From contig JBEPZY010000001.1 of the NCBI GenBank assembly GCA_041640595.1, positions 992,001-1,056,000 on the forward strand: DNA of 64,000 bases. The letters are read 5' to 3'. The translations under genes were made by a program, and so were the position numbers. The notes beneath the pieces were generated by a model that saw nothing but the letters and a program-made list of their open reading frames with translations, had not been told where the DNA came from and searched no databases. The DNA is from Gemmatales bacterium (lineage in GTDB: Bacteria; Planctomycetota; Planctomycetia; Gemmatales; HRBIN36). This document shows positions 8,921 through 19,159 of the stretch, piece by piece; the first letter of the stretch is position 1, and the number at the start of each line of letters is the position of its first letter.

Positions 8921-11311
8921 ATGGTGGAAACAGAGCAGGATGTTCTCAAGTCACCTGGGCTTTCGTTGTGGAATAAGGCAGTTGTTGCTGTCTTGGTTAT
9001 TTTCCTGATATGTGGCACTGCTTTCAGTTACTGGCAACTGTACCGCCTGGAAAAACGCCAGTACGAGTTACTGCCTACGCAAGGAGCGGAGCTACTAGCG
9101 CTGTTGATAACGGCGTTCCGGCAGGTGCACGCTGAATCCCTCGTCGACTCGAATCAGCACCAGGGCCCCCATGAGCGTCCAGGCCATCAGGTCGCGGGTT
9201 ATTCCGCTTTGTTGCCAGCGACGTTGGCGCTGAAGGCTGGGGAACGCTTGAGCGAACATCGCCCAGGTGCTTACATCCGATTGTACAGTGATTATCCGTT
9301 CCCCTGGCGGAAAGACGGTGGGCCACGGGATGCTTTCGAGTGGGAAGCCTTGCATGCGCTGCGCCAAAATCCTGACCAGCCTTTCTACCGTTTTGAGGAA
9401 TTCCAGGGTCGGCCGTCTTTGCGATACGCAGTGGCGGAACGGATGCAAGCAGCGTGCGTATCCTGCCACAACAGCCATCCCGATTCCCCTAAACGTGACT
9501 GGAGCGTCGGCGATGTTCGGGGAGTGGTGGAGATCATTCGGCCTTTCGATGGCGCAGTAGCCCAGAACCGGGCGAGCCTGTACCGCTCGGCACTGGTTTG
9601 CCTGGGGATGAGCGGTCTGGGTATAGTAGGTTTGGTCCTGGTGAATCGGCAGCGAACTGTCTCCGCCAAGGCAGCCATGGAGAGTGAACAAAAACTCCGG
9701 CTCATCCTGGAGAGCGCCGGCGACGGTATCGTTATCGTGGACGAACAGAGGCGGATTGTACTGGTCAACCGGCAAGCCGAGCGGATGTTCGGATACCCTA
9801 GGGCGGAATTACTCGGAAAAGAAGTTGAAACGCTCATCCCGGAGCGTTTCCGTCAGGGTCACCGCGAACATTTTGCCCGCTACTTGAGGAATCCCACGCC
9901 TCAGCTGATGGACTCACGTGAACGACCATTGTACGGTCTGCGCAAGGATGGAAGCGAGTTCCCGGTAGCCATCAGTCTGAACTCTGTCCCACTAGCCAAG
10001 AGGATGCTTATCTGCGCCATCGTGCGCGATGTAACAGAACGCAGACACTACGAACAGGCCTTACGCGCCGCTTACCAGGAAAATGCACAGCTTATTGACG
10101 CAATGCCCTGCATTTTGATCGGTCTGGACAACGCTCAGTGTATCCGGAAATGGAACAAAGTAGCGGAGCGCACGTTTGGCCGGCCAGCCGCACAAGTGCT
10201 GGGGCAGCCGCTTCGTGCAGCTGGCATTGGCTTCCTCGACGATGCGATATTCAAGGGCCTGGAAACTTGCCATCGCCAGCAACGGCCGGTCGAAATTGAA
10301 AACGTAAGTTACCGCCGACTGGATGGAACAGTTGGCCAGCTGAGAGTATCGCTGGCCGTGCTCAACAGCCAGGAAATGAATTCCTCCGGCATTCTCGTGG
10401 TTGCAGAGGACGTGTCCGAACGACGGCAACTCGAAGCCCAGCTGGCCCAAGCCCAGAAGATGGAATCCATCGGCCAGCTGGCAGCCGGTGTGGCTCACGA
10501 GATCAATACGCCCATCCAGTACATTGGCGATAACGCCACCTTCCTGCGCGACGCCTTTCCGAGCCTAGACCAGCTTCTGGCTCAGTACGAAAGGCTGATC
10601 GCAGCGCTCAGGATGAATTCACTCACACCGCAGATGCTGGAACAGGCAGAAGCGTTGTTCGCGCAAGCTGATTTACCCTACCTGCGAGCAGAGATACCTC
10701 AGGCCATTGAGCAAATTCTGCAGGGAGTCAGCAACGTGGCCAGGATAGTGCGGGCCTTGAAGGAATTTTCCCATCCCGCTACAGAGGAGAAAACCGCCGT
10801 GGACATTAACCGTTCCATTGAGTGCACCGTCACCGTGGCCCGCAACGAATGGAAGTATGTAGCCGATGTAATGACCGAATTGGATCCTTCCTTGCCCCCA
10901 GTTCTATGCCTTCCGGGCGAAATCAACCAGGTGCTGCTCAATGTGATCGTAAACGCCGCCCATGCTGTTGCCGAGCGGGTGGCCACGGGTGAAATCAACC
11001 GTGGTATCATCAAGATCAGCACCAGTCGCGCCAATGGCTACGTGCGGATATCTGTCAGCGACAATGGCTGCGGTATCCCTGAAAAAATTCGCTCCCGCAT
11101 TTTTGAGCCCTTTTTTACCACCAAGCCGGTCGGCAAAGGAAGCGGCCAGGGGCTGGCAATCGCTCATGCCATCGTGGTCAAAAAGCACGGCGGACAGATC
11201 ACGTTTGAGAGCGAAGTCGGCAAGGGGACGACCTTTCATATTCTCCTGCCACTAGATGAAACGCTCGACTCGGGAGAAGGCATTGAAACTGCGAATTCTA
11301 TTTGTGGATGA
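8921..11311 (+). CDS. Sensor histidine kinase with periplasmic heme-c (DUF3365/Tll0287-like) domain and two PAS domains
   Basis: Two TM helices flanking CVSCH; PAS motifs; H-box [14 protein letters not shown]1, F and G2 boxes ([20 protein letters not shown]). The ORF is open from 8849; start chosen by SD. Confidence 0.93.
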   Translation: MVETEQDVLKSPGLSLWNKAVVAVLVIFLICGTAFSYWQLYRLEKRQYELLPTQGAELLALLITAFRQVHAESLVDSNQHQGPHERPGHQVAGYSALLPATLALKAGERLSEHRPGAYIRLYSDYPFPWRKDGGPRDAFEWEALHALRQNPDQPFYRFEEFQGRPSLRYAVAERMQAACVSCHNSHPDSPKRDWSVGDVRGVVEIIRPFDGAVAQNRASLYRSALVCLGMSGLGIVGLVLVNRQRTVSAKAAMESEQKLRLILESAGDGIVIVDEQRRIVLVNRQAERMFGYPRAELLGKEVETLIPERFRQGHREHFARYLRNPTPQLMDSRERPLYGLRKDGSEFPVAISLNSVPLAKRMLICAIVRDVTERRHYEQALRAAYQENAQLIDAMPCILIGLDNAQCIRKWNKVAERTFGRPAAQVLGQPLRAAGIGFLDDAIFKGLETCHRQQRPVEIENVSYRRLDGTVGQLRVSLAVLNSQEMNSSGILVVAEDVSERRQLEAQLAQAQKMESIGQLAAGVAHEINTPIQYIGDNATFLRDAFPSLDQLLAQYERLIAALRMNSLTPQMLEQAEALFAQADLPYLRAEIPQAIEQILQGVSNVARIVRALKEFSHPATEEKTAVDINRSIECTVTVARNEWKYVADVMTELDPSLPPVLCLPGEINQVLLNVIVNAAHAVAERVATGEINRGIIKISTSRANGYVRISVSDNGCGIPEKIRSRIFEPFFTTKPVGKGSGQGLAIAHAIVVKKHGGQITFESEVGKGTTFHILLPLDETLDSGEGIETANSICG

Positions 11312-12497
11312 TGAGCAGAATATCCTGGACGGTCTGAGGCGAATGCTGCGCCCGCTTTCGTCGCAGTGGGATATGGCGTTCGCCCAGAACGGACCGGAAG
11401 CTCTGACATACCTGGGACGGTGTGCATTTGACGTTTTGGTCACCGACATGCGGATGCCGGGCATGGACGGGGCACATCTCCTGGCGGAAGTGCAACGACG
11501 TTTTCCTGACGTGGTACGTATTGTGCTGACCGGTCAGTGTGATTGTGAGGCGGCTCTGCGCTCAGTCTCGCTTGCCCACCGCGTCCTGACCAAACCGTGC
11601 GAACCTGAAGTACTCAAGGCCACCATCGCACGTGTCCTGAGTCTGCGAGCCCTGCTGCAAAGTGCGGACTTGCAGCGATTGCTGTCCCAACTGCAAACAA
11701 TACCCACTCTTCCGTCCCTCCACGCGGAGGTTCTACGAGAACTCGACGCCCCAGAGCCGTCCCTAGTCCGGGTTGCTGAGATTATTAGCCAGGACCTTGG
11801 TATGACGGCTAAGATCATTCAGGTCGCCAACTCTGCCCTGTTTGGCATACGCATGCCGGTAAGTAGCGTGAAGCAGGCAGTCTCCTTACTTGGATGCCAG
11901 AATATCCGCCTCCTGGTACTGGCGAGTGGTGTATTTTCTTTGTTTCAGTCGAATGGCCTGCCTCCTTTCAGCGCAGATGCCATGTGGCAACACAGTCTGC
12001 GCGTGAGTAAGTGGGCGCAAACCATCGCTCTGGAAGCAGGTGCCCACGGAAGTGTCATTCCCCACGCCACCCTGGCAGGCTTATTGCACGATGTCGGCAG
12101 ATTGGTTCTCATTGCCAATTTGCCAGCGGCCTACGAAGCAATTGTGCACCAGGCGAAGCAAACAGGTAAGCCACTTTGTGAGGTTGAGCGAAGTGTACTG
12201 GGAGCAACTCACGCCGAAGTGGGCGCTTATGTGCTAGGATTGTGGGGATTTCCCGAGCCGATTGTGGAGGCGGTCGCCTGGCATCATACACCGAGCGCCT
12301 GTGCCGACGAACTCTTCAGTGCCCTGACCGCGGTCCACGCTGCCGATACTTTGCTCGCCCAGGAATGGGAAGCCCAGACCGGACTGGTGGAGGCACCGCC
12401 TGATAGTGACTACTTGAAACGGCTCGGACTAGCTCGACGGATGGACGAATGGCGAGAAGTCCAGCTCTGTCTTGCTGAGCATGAAGGACTCCCATGA
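11283..12497 (+). CDS. Response regulator, REC + HDOD domain
   Basis: ILFVDDE, TDMRMPGMDG, PTLPS, IISQDLGMTAKIIQVANSA, GLLHDVG, THAEVGAYVLGLW; TTG start inferred. Confidence 0.92.
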   Translation: MKLRILFVDDEQNILDGLRRMLRPLSSQWDMAFAQNGPEALTYLGRCAFDVLVTDMRMPGMDGAHLLAEVQRRFPDVVRIVLTGQCDCEAALRSVSLAHRVLTKPCEPEVLKATIARVLSLRALLQSADLQRLLSQLQTIPTLPSLHAEVLRELDAPEPSLVRVAEIISQDLGMTAKIIQVANSALFGIRMPVSSVKQAVSLLGCQNIRLLVLASGVFSLFQSNGLPPFSADAMWQHSLRVSKWAQTIALEAGAHGSVIPHATLAGLLHDVGRLVLIANLPAAYEAIVHQAKQTGKPLCEVERSVLGATHAEVGAYVLGLWGFPEPIVEAVAWHHTPSACADELFSALTAVHAADTLLAQEWEAQTGLVEAPPDSDYLKRLGLARRMDEWREVQLCLAEHEGLP

Positions 12498-13642
12498 CTG
12501 CACGCATCCTCTTTGTAGATGACGAACCCAATGTCCTAGCCGGCCTGCAACGCCAGTTGCGGAAGCAATTTGACGTGGATGTGGCGGTGGGAGGCGAACA
12601 AGGGCTTGCAGCGGTACGGGAGCGAGGCCCCTACGCAGTGATTGTCTCTGACATGCGCATGCCCGGTATGAACGGCGCTCAGTTCCTGAGCCGCGTCCGT
12701 GACCTTGCTCCCAACACCGTCCGCATGCTCTTAACAGGCTACGCGGATATGCAGTCCGCTATTGCAGCGGTCAACGAAGGGCATGTCTTTCGTTTCCTGA
12801 CCAAACCCTGCCCGCCTGAGGCTCTGGTCAAGGCCCTGCAAGATGGCATCGAGCAATTCCGCCTTGTCACCGCCGAAAAAGAACTCCTCGAGAAGACCCT
12901 GCGTGGCAGTATTCAGGTTCTGGCTGAGGTTCTGTCCCTGGTCAACCCACTGGCCTTCGGCAAGGCCAGCCGGGTGCAGCGCCTGGTACAGCAATTGGCC
13001 AGCATCCTCCAGGTGCCCAACTGCTGGCAATTGGAAGTGGCGGCGTTGCTTTCGCAGATCGGTTGCGTCACAGTTCCTGACTCGGTGCTGAGTAAAATCT
13101 ATGCAGGCTGTGAACTATCGCAGGAAGAGTTTGCCATGTTTGCCGCCCATCCTAATGTCGGGCGAAACCTTATTGCCAAAATTCCTCGCCTGGAGGAGGT
13201 GGCCACGATCATTGGTGACCAGCACCTGCGTTTTGATGGTCAGGGGACTCCACCTGGCGGGAAGAAAGGTACCGATATCCCTCTCGGCGCCCGCGTGCTC
13301 AAGGTAGCTCTCGACTGCGACACACTGGAAACCCAGGGACTTAGCTGGCCCGAAGTGATTCAGCGCCTGAAGGCCCGCGCTGGCTGGTACGACCCGGACG
13401 TCTTGCAAGCACTGGAAAAGATTCCCTGGGAGCCAGCCCCTCATTCCTGCCGCGAACTTCCTCTCAGTGAACTGAAGCCGCGAATGATCCTCGCTGAAGA
13501 CATTGTCAATCGGACCGGGCAATTAATGATGCGCAAAGGGCTGGAAATCACCGAGACGGTACTTCACCGCTTGCGGAACCTGTACACCAGTGGGCAGCTC
13601 GGGAAAACGGTCAAAGTCTTCATCCCGACAACTGCTTCTTAG
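12494..13642 (+). CDS. Response regulator, REC + degenerate HD-GYP-like domain
   Basis: REC (ILFVDDE, SDMRMPGMNG); ALLSQIG in place of HDIG; RFDGQGTP and IPLGARVL. Confidence 0.9.
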   Translation: MTARILFVDDEPNVLAGLQRQLRKQFDVDVAVGGEQGLAAVRERGPYAVIVSDMRMPGMNGAQFLSRVRDLAPNTVRMLLTGYADMQSAIAAVNEGHVFRFLTKPCPPEALVKALQDGIEQFRLVTAEKELLEKTLRGSIQVLAEVLSLVNPLAFGKASRVQRLVQQLASILQVPNCWQLEVAALLSQIGCVTVPDSVLSKIYAGCELSQEEFAMFAAHPNVGRNLIAKIPRLEEVATIIGDQHLRFDGQGTPPGGKKGTDIPLGARVLKVALDCDTLETQGLSWPEVIQRLKARAGWYDPDVLQALEKIPWEPAPHSCRELPLSELKPRMILAEDIVNRTGQLMMRKGLEITETVLHRLRNLYTSGQLGKTVKVFIPTTAS

Positions 13643-13847
13643 CGGTTTTTCGCTCTCGGGACGTGGACTGGGAGGAGACGCCATCGGTAATGCGACTACC
13701 GAGAAATCAGAAGTCGGCCGCTGCTGGAAGCTGGCGCACTCCTGCACCCGGTTGCAAGGCTGTGTGTGGAAAAACACAATGCATAGGCAAGCTTCGTCTG
13801 CCATCGGGTAGCGGTGGCCTTCGTTCCGTTACCTTGCCTTTTTCCTT

Positions 13848-16037
13848 CTAACCACTGGTAGCAGAGGGAAGCACATCGGCAGGCCGCTCAAAGGTGAAGC
13901 CGAACGCTTGCAGTGCCTGGCGAATCGCGGGGTCCGCCAGAAGCTGGCGAAAAGCGACAACGGCAGGGCGAGACCAGCGCTGCCAGGGCACGACAAAGTC
14001 GAACCACTCCTGTTGTAAAGGGATAAAAGCCAGACCGTGATCCTGTGCCACATGACTGATGCAAACACCCCAATCGGCCCGTCCCTGAGCGATGGCCGCC
14101 GCGACCGCATGATGCGATCGGGCTTCGTTCGCGTAACCGGGTGGCCGTGCTCCCTGAAGTAACCGGTCAATGAGGATGCGTGTGCCGCTGCCCGCGTTGC
14201 GGTTGACGAGCAGGCATTCGGGATCGGCAAGAGCTGCACGCACGGCTGCGGCAGCACTCTTGCCCTCAAAGCGCGGATCACCAGGACGGTAAGCGATTCC
14301 CTGCAATCGGCCGTAGCCGGGCAGCAAATAAAGGTCGCCAGTTACAAATGGCCGGTTGTATTCACCGCTCCCCGGGTCGAAAAGATGTATTCCCGCAAGA
14401 TCGCATTCGCCGCGACGAGCGGCGGTCAGCCCGGCCAGACTACCGACAGCCAGCATCTTGGTCCGGAAGCCCCGGGCATGGAGCTGACTCAGCAAGTAAT
14501 CGAGGCCCACGCAATGACTGCCGATGACCACTAAGTCCGCAGGACGCAACTGCCGGCCCATGAGGTGCACAGTAACGATTTCGCCCGCCTCCAGCATTTC
14601 GCAGCCTTTGGGAATGATCACAAAACCATCCGCGCGACTGAAAGCGGTAACGGAGCCGGAACCTTTGCCCAGAGGATAAGCAGCGTAGCGCACCGGACTA
14701 CTCGACGCGGCATCACTAACCGATTGCATGGTCGCGGCCGGGGTCGCCGGTGAAATGGGACCTGAGGCGACGTCTTTGGAACGTGGGTTGCTGATCGTTG
14801 CGGGCCGTGTGCCGGTCTGTGCTCCCGCAGTCGCTTCAGCCGACGCTGACTGGCCCGAATCCGCTGATCCAGCACGCACGATGTCGCCCGAAGGCGGGAG
14901 CCATTCTACGAGATTGACCAGGACATATTCCGTGCGGCCTCGCTCCGAATGCAGCCGAACCGGCAGGCGTGCTGGCAATGTGGCCGGTTCCTGTTCGGGC
15001 AATCCGGCCCAGAGGCGTATCACCGGAGCCACGAACTCACGGAACGTAAATAACGCCGAGGTGGGAAAGCCTGGCAGAATCACGACAGGGGTACGGTCAA
15101 TAACCGCCAGGCATAGCGGTTTACCGGGTTTGAGCGATACGCCATGCACCAGGATTCCCGGCTTCCCTAACTCGGACACAACACGGTAACAAAGATCGCC
15201 TGCCCCTTTCGAGGTTCCGCCGGATAACAGAACCATATCCCAGCTCAGCGCGCGTTGTAACGCCGAACGCAGAACTTCCGCATTGTCTGCCACGATACCG
15301 AAAAGCGTCGGTTCGCCACCATTTTCCCGAACCGCATCTGCCAACATGGTGGCGTTGCTGTCGTAAATTTGCCCCGGGCCTAACGGCTGGCCGGGCGGCA
15401 CTAATTCATCACCGGTGGAAAAGATGGCCACGCGCGGCTTGCGAAATACCGGAACCCGCGCCAGACCGAGAGCAGCCAAAACAGCGGTTTCCCTGGCCGT
15501 CAGCAGTTCACCACGGCGAAGCACAACTTCCCCCTGGCCGATGTCCGTTCCGGCCATGGTTACGTTGCTGCCTGGAGTGACCGGTCGCTTGACCAGCACC
15601 GTACCACCGGGCGGTGTGGTGCTATCGGCGGGTCGCGGGTCGGGTTCCCAGGTGGTGAACTCCACCATGATTACGGCATCTGCACCTCGCGGCAGCATGG
15701 CTCCCGTGGCGATGACGCTGGCCGTGCCGGGAGTCACCATCCGCTCCGGTTTGCGACCGGGCAGGATCACTTCACCCGTCCACCGCAAACGGACTGGCTG
15801 AGTTTCCTCGGCTCCAAAGGTATCGGCAGCTCGCACCGCAAACCCGTCCACATTGGCCCGGTCAAAACCCGGAACATCCAGGCGTGCGGTGATGTCCTGG
15901 CTCAAAATCCGCCCCAGGGCTTCGTTCAGGGCTATCCACTCTTCACCCCGCGGCTGGAGGTTCAGCGCCGAGCGAAAGCGTCGCTGCGCCTCATCGCGAT
16001 CTACCACCTGCAGGAATTGTTCTTGCCAGTCCGCCAT
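13848..16037 (-). CDS. moeA: Molybdopterin molybdotransferase MoeA fused to a periplasmic-binding-protein (PBP) domain
   Basis: PGFDRANVDGFA, STGDEL, SGGTSKG, KPGKP, LPGFP; C-terminal GSHC, GSLAGL and NRNAGSGTR motifs. Confidence 0.92.
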   Translation of the reverse strand: MADWQEQFLQVVDRDEAQRRFRSALNLQPRGEEWIALNEALGRILSQDITARLDVPGFDRANVDGFAVRAADTFGAEETQPVRLRWTGEVILPGRKPERMVTPGTASVIATGAMLPRGADAVIMVEFTTWEPDPRPADSTTPPGGTVLVKRPVTPGSNVTMAGTDIGQGEVVLRRGELLTARETAVLAALGLARVPVFRKPRVAIFSTGDELVPPGQPLGPGQIYDSNATMLADAVRENGGEPTLFGIVADNAEVLRSALQRALSWDMVLLSGGTSKGAGDLCYRVVSELGKPGILVHGVSLKPGKPLCLAVIDRTPVVILPGFPTSALFTFREFVAPVIRLWAGLPEQEPATLPARLPVRLHSERGRTEYVLVNLVEWLPPSGDIVRAGSADSGQSASAEATAGAQTGTRPATISNPRSKDVASGPISPATPAATMQSVSDAASSSPVRYAAYPLGKGSGSVTAFSRADGFVIIPKGCEMLEAGEIVTVHLMGRQLRPADLVVIGSHCVGLDYLLSQLHARGFRTKMLAVGSLAGLTAARRGECDLAGIHLFDPGSGEYNRPFVTGDLYLLPGYGRLQGIAYRPGDPRFEGKSAAAAVRAALADPECLLVNRNAGSGTRILIDRLLQGARPPGYANEARSHHAVAAAIAQGRADWGVCISHVAQDHGLAFIPLQQEWFDFVVPWQRWSRPAVVAFRQLLADPAIRQALQAFGFTFERPADVLPSATSG

Positions 16038-16163
16038 AGCTCGCTGGTGTCGCCCAATGGCCTAATGGTCACCACGGTTTACCTGGGCAGTTTGCAGTTC
16101 GGTCAGACCCAGGTGTTGTCGTCGCCGATTGTGAAGCACTTCGCATCGGCAGGACGCTGGCGA

Positions 16164-17423
16164 TTACTCCGACAGCAGGGGATGTTCTCCGTCATAAAGG
16201 TACACGCAGACACTTGCCCCAGCCGGATACCCTTCGCAATCGGCCGGGACGAGCACAAATCCATCGGCTTGCGTCGTTGTGGTCAGGATGGAGGCGCCGC
16301 TCGTGGCGATCGGCTCCACTCGCCCCTCGTTTATGCGCACACGCACGTAATCGAGACGGCCCAGTTCCGACGCGATCTTCTCGGCCAACGGCAAATGCAG
16401 ACGACGATATGGCCAGGCAGTGCTGCGCCCGGCAAGTCGGCGAATAAGTGGCCCGGCGAAAAAGTCATAAGCGGCCAGACACGACACTGGATTGCCTGGT
16501 AGCAGCACCACCGAACGACCTTGCACCCAGCCAAACCCTGTCGGCGACGATGGTCGCATGGCGACTCCATGCACAGCTAATTCGCCCAACTCCGCCACCA
16601 CTCGCGGTGCGTGGTCTTCCTGACCAACGGAACTACCGCCCGAAACCAAAACCACGTCCGCTCCCGCACAAGCCTGGAGCAATCGCTCGCGGACGATTTC
16701 CCGCTGATCCGGCACAATGTCGCCATGTATTGGTCGGCCACCATCGCGGCGAATCAGGGCATCGAGCATGACGGAATTGCTATCCACGATGCGATAGTTG
16801 TCGGGCCGACTGCCGACGGGCAACAATTCATCTCCGGTTACCACGACAGCCACCTGCGGAATTCGGATGACCGGAACCGAATCGTATCCCAGTGCCGCAA
16901 GCACAGCAACATCCTGAGGACGCAATCGCCTGCCTGCACGCAAAACCACGCTCCCCGCGCGTATGTCCTCGCCACGTCGGCTGACACATTTGCCCGGCGG
17001 AACCGGTTCGAGGATGCTGACCACACCGTCGGCTTCGGTAGCCAGTTCCGCTCGCACAACCGCGTTAGCTCCCTCGGGCAGAGGTGCACCGGTCATGATC
17101 CGCACTGCTTCGCCACTCTGCAACGCCCGTGGAAACGGTTTGCCTGGTAACGATTCGCCCACCAACAAAAACGTGAGCGGATTGTAAACCGATGCCCCGA
17201 ACGTTTCTTCACCGCGCAGGGCATAGCCATCCATGGCGGCACGGTCAAAATACGGAACATCCCGGTCGGCGAGGACATCGGCGGCAAGCACCCGGCCGAC
17301 CGCCTGCCAGAGGGAGACCGTCTCCGCCTCCAGCGGCCGCACGGACTCCAGCAACTTTCGCTGGGCCTCCCAGGCATCGCTGCGCTGGCGAAAGCCACGC
17401 ATCCGCACATCGTCGTGACTCAT
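16164..17423 (-). CDS. moeA: Molybdopterin molybdotransferase MoeA (gephyrin-like)
   Basis: FDRAAMDGYA, IMTGAPLP, TGDEL, DSN, SGGSSVG and LPGNPVS motifs. Confidence 0.93.
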   Translation of the reverse strand: MSHDDVRMRGFRQRSDAWEAQRKLLESVRPLEAETVSLWQAVGRVLAADVLADRDVPYFDRAAMDGYALRGEETFGASVYNPLTFLLVGESLPGKPFPRALQSGEAVRIMTGAPLPEGANAVVRAELATEADGVVSILEPVPPGKCVSRRGEDIRAGSVVLRAGRRLRPQDVAVLAALGYDSVPVIRIPQVAVVVTGDELLPVGSRPDNYRIVDSNSVMLDALIRRDGGRPIHGDIVPDQREIVRERLLQACAGADVVLVSGGSSVGQEDHAPRVVAELGELAVHGVAMRPSSPTGFGWVQGRSVVLLPGNPVSCLAAYDFFAGPLIRRLAGRSTAWPYRRLHLPLAEKIASELGRLDYVRVRINEGRVEPIATSGASILTTTTQADGFVLVPADCEGYPAGASVCVYLYDGEHPLLSE

Positions 17424-17580
17424 CACTACCTCGCTTCCACAAGCACTCCCACCCGGGCCAGGTTCGCTATGGTTATTATTGCCCACTCGTGCGTCCTGAT
17501 GGCTCGGCCCGGCGTTTCGTCCTGCCCTGGCACGTAAACCTTTGCTTTTGCAACCCCATTTGGCCGATACGCGCTCAGGC

Positions 17581-17608
17581 TTGTTTCTTGCGGTGGCGTT
17601 GCTATAAT
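17581..17608 (+). promoter_or_regulatory. Sigma70-type promoter for tRNA-Asn
   Basis: TTGTTT-16 bp-TATAAT with extended -10 TG, about 60 bp upstream of the tRNA. Confidence 0.55.
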
Positions 17609-17666
17609 CTAAACGAGAATTTCTGCAGCCAGCTGAGCCCCCGTATCGGGCTCAATCTTGGCGTAC

Positions 17667-17739
17667 TCCCCGGTAGCTCAATCGGTAGAGCGGCTGACTG
17701 TTAATCAGCGGGTTGCAGGTTCGAGCCCTGCCCGGGGAG
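17667..17739 (+). tRNA. tRNA-Asn (GTT), CCA not encoded
   Basis: Acceptor TCCCCGG/CCGGGGA, D arm GCTC..GAGC, anticodon arm GCTGA-CTGTTAA-TCAGC, T arm GCAGG-TTCGAGC-CCTGC. Confidence 0.97.
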
Positions 17740-18107
17740 CTTTCCCCAACACCTCCACCAATGTGGTCTGCTACTCGCTGTTCCGCTGGGATGTCAGCAT
17801 CGGTTCACCAATTGCAACGCGGTTTCCTGGCTCTGCTGCTGCTCCGTCATGATATGGCCCACTTCCGCTGGATAGCAAAATCTCCGTTCAACCGGCCCGG
17901 TTTGATTCCGCATCGTTTTGCACTAATCGTCGGGCACTGATCGAAATTCGCCCTCCTGTGTCCATCGCTTTGTTCGCAAGTAGGCTTGCCGGTCAGCGCA
18001 ACCGGCGTTGCAGACAACCCGGGCCAGGTATGTGAGCCGGAGCATTCCAAACCCATACAATTGGACACGTCCCTGACACATTTGCGAAAAAGCCGAGGTT
18101 TTCGCCC

Positions 18108-18857
18108 ATGGCCAAACTTAGTGTCCAGCAGATACGCGAACGGGCAATTGAGATTATCCAGCAGTCGCCTGGTGGCATTCGTTACGGCGAGCTTATCGGC
18201 AGGATATTGCAACAGAGTCCCGAAACTCCCAAAAACACGGTACAAGGAGCTGTTTGGGACCTGGATAGACGGTTCCCTGAGTTGGTTCACAAGCCGATCA
18301 GAGGAGTCTTTCAAGCAAAAGCCGAAAGTTCGTCGTCACCTACTGTCCCACCTCCAAGCAAGCTGCCGCGAGAGGAAGACTTCTATCAGCCGTTCGCGGA
18401 CTGGCTTACAAACGAACTCGAAGAAGTGACCGTGGCGGTGCCGTTGGGTGGTGCCGGGTTGCAGAAGAAATGGGGAACACCTGACGTGGTTGGAGTGTAT
18501 AAGCCTCTGGCCTCACACCGGATCAAGTTCGACATCGAGATTGTTTCCGCCGAAATCAAGGTGGACCCCACGCAACCTGTAGTTGCGTTCGGACAGGCGG
18601 CAGCGTATCGTTTATTCTCCGCGAAATCTTACGTGGTTATGCCCCGAACGATTCCACTCGAAGACTATGGCCGACTCGAATCCCTGTGTTTGCTTTTCGG
18701 CATCGGTTTAGTCCTGTTCCAACCGGATATCGAACAACCAGATTTCGAGATTCGGGTACGAGCCCAGCGGTATTATCCCGATATGTATTATGTGAACGAG
18801 TTTGCCGACCGCCTCTATCAAATAGACCCTTCTTTGTTCAACCAGCTTTTCGGCTAA
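18108..18857 (+). CDS. N-terminal winged-helix + PD-(D/E)XK nuclease-like protein (HrgA/COG2958-like)
   Basis: Helical N-terminal domain, Pro/Ser linker, KWGTPDVVG...SAEIK...FGQAAAY nuclease motif arrangement. Confidence 0.7.
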   Translation: MAKLSVQQIRERAIEIIQQSPGGIRYGELIGRILQQSPETPKNTVQGAVWDLDRRFPELVHKPIRGVFQAKAESSSSPTVPPPSKLPREEDFYQPFADWLTNELEEVTVAVPLGGAGLQKKWGTPDVVGVYKPLASHRIKFDIEIVSAEIKVDPTQPVVAFGQAAAYRLFSAKSYVVMPRTIPLEDYGRLESLCLLFGIGLVLFQPDIEQPDFEIRVRAQRYYPDMYYVNEFADRLYQIDPSLFNQLFG

Positions 18858-19159
18858 CGCCCCACCTATATTGCCAATATCCCTCACACCCGGAACAAGG
18901 CGATCCACAAAGAACCAGTGGTGTTTTTCAAGGTCTAAGCACAACGCTATACCGGAGTGCGCTACTAAGTTTTAGCACTACGCCCGACGTACTAAACTCC
19001 ATAGCTGCCCGTCGCTCAGGCGAAGTGTAAACGAGCCACAGGTAAGGGATGTTGCTATCGAAAGCTAAATGTTCGGAGCTGCTAAGTTGCGGACACTGCC
19101 GCGCTAAACCGTTTAGAGACACCGGGCTAGACCACTTAGAGCCCAGGGACCGTAAGCCT

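Noticed and set aside
18858..19159. Integron attC site or ncRNA after the nuclease gene
   Set aside because: Only short hairpins; no matched R''/R' boxes
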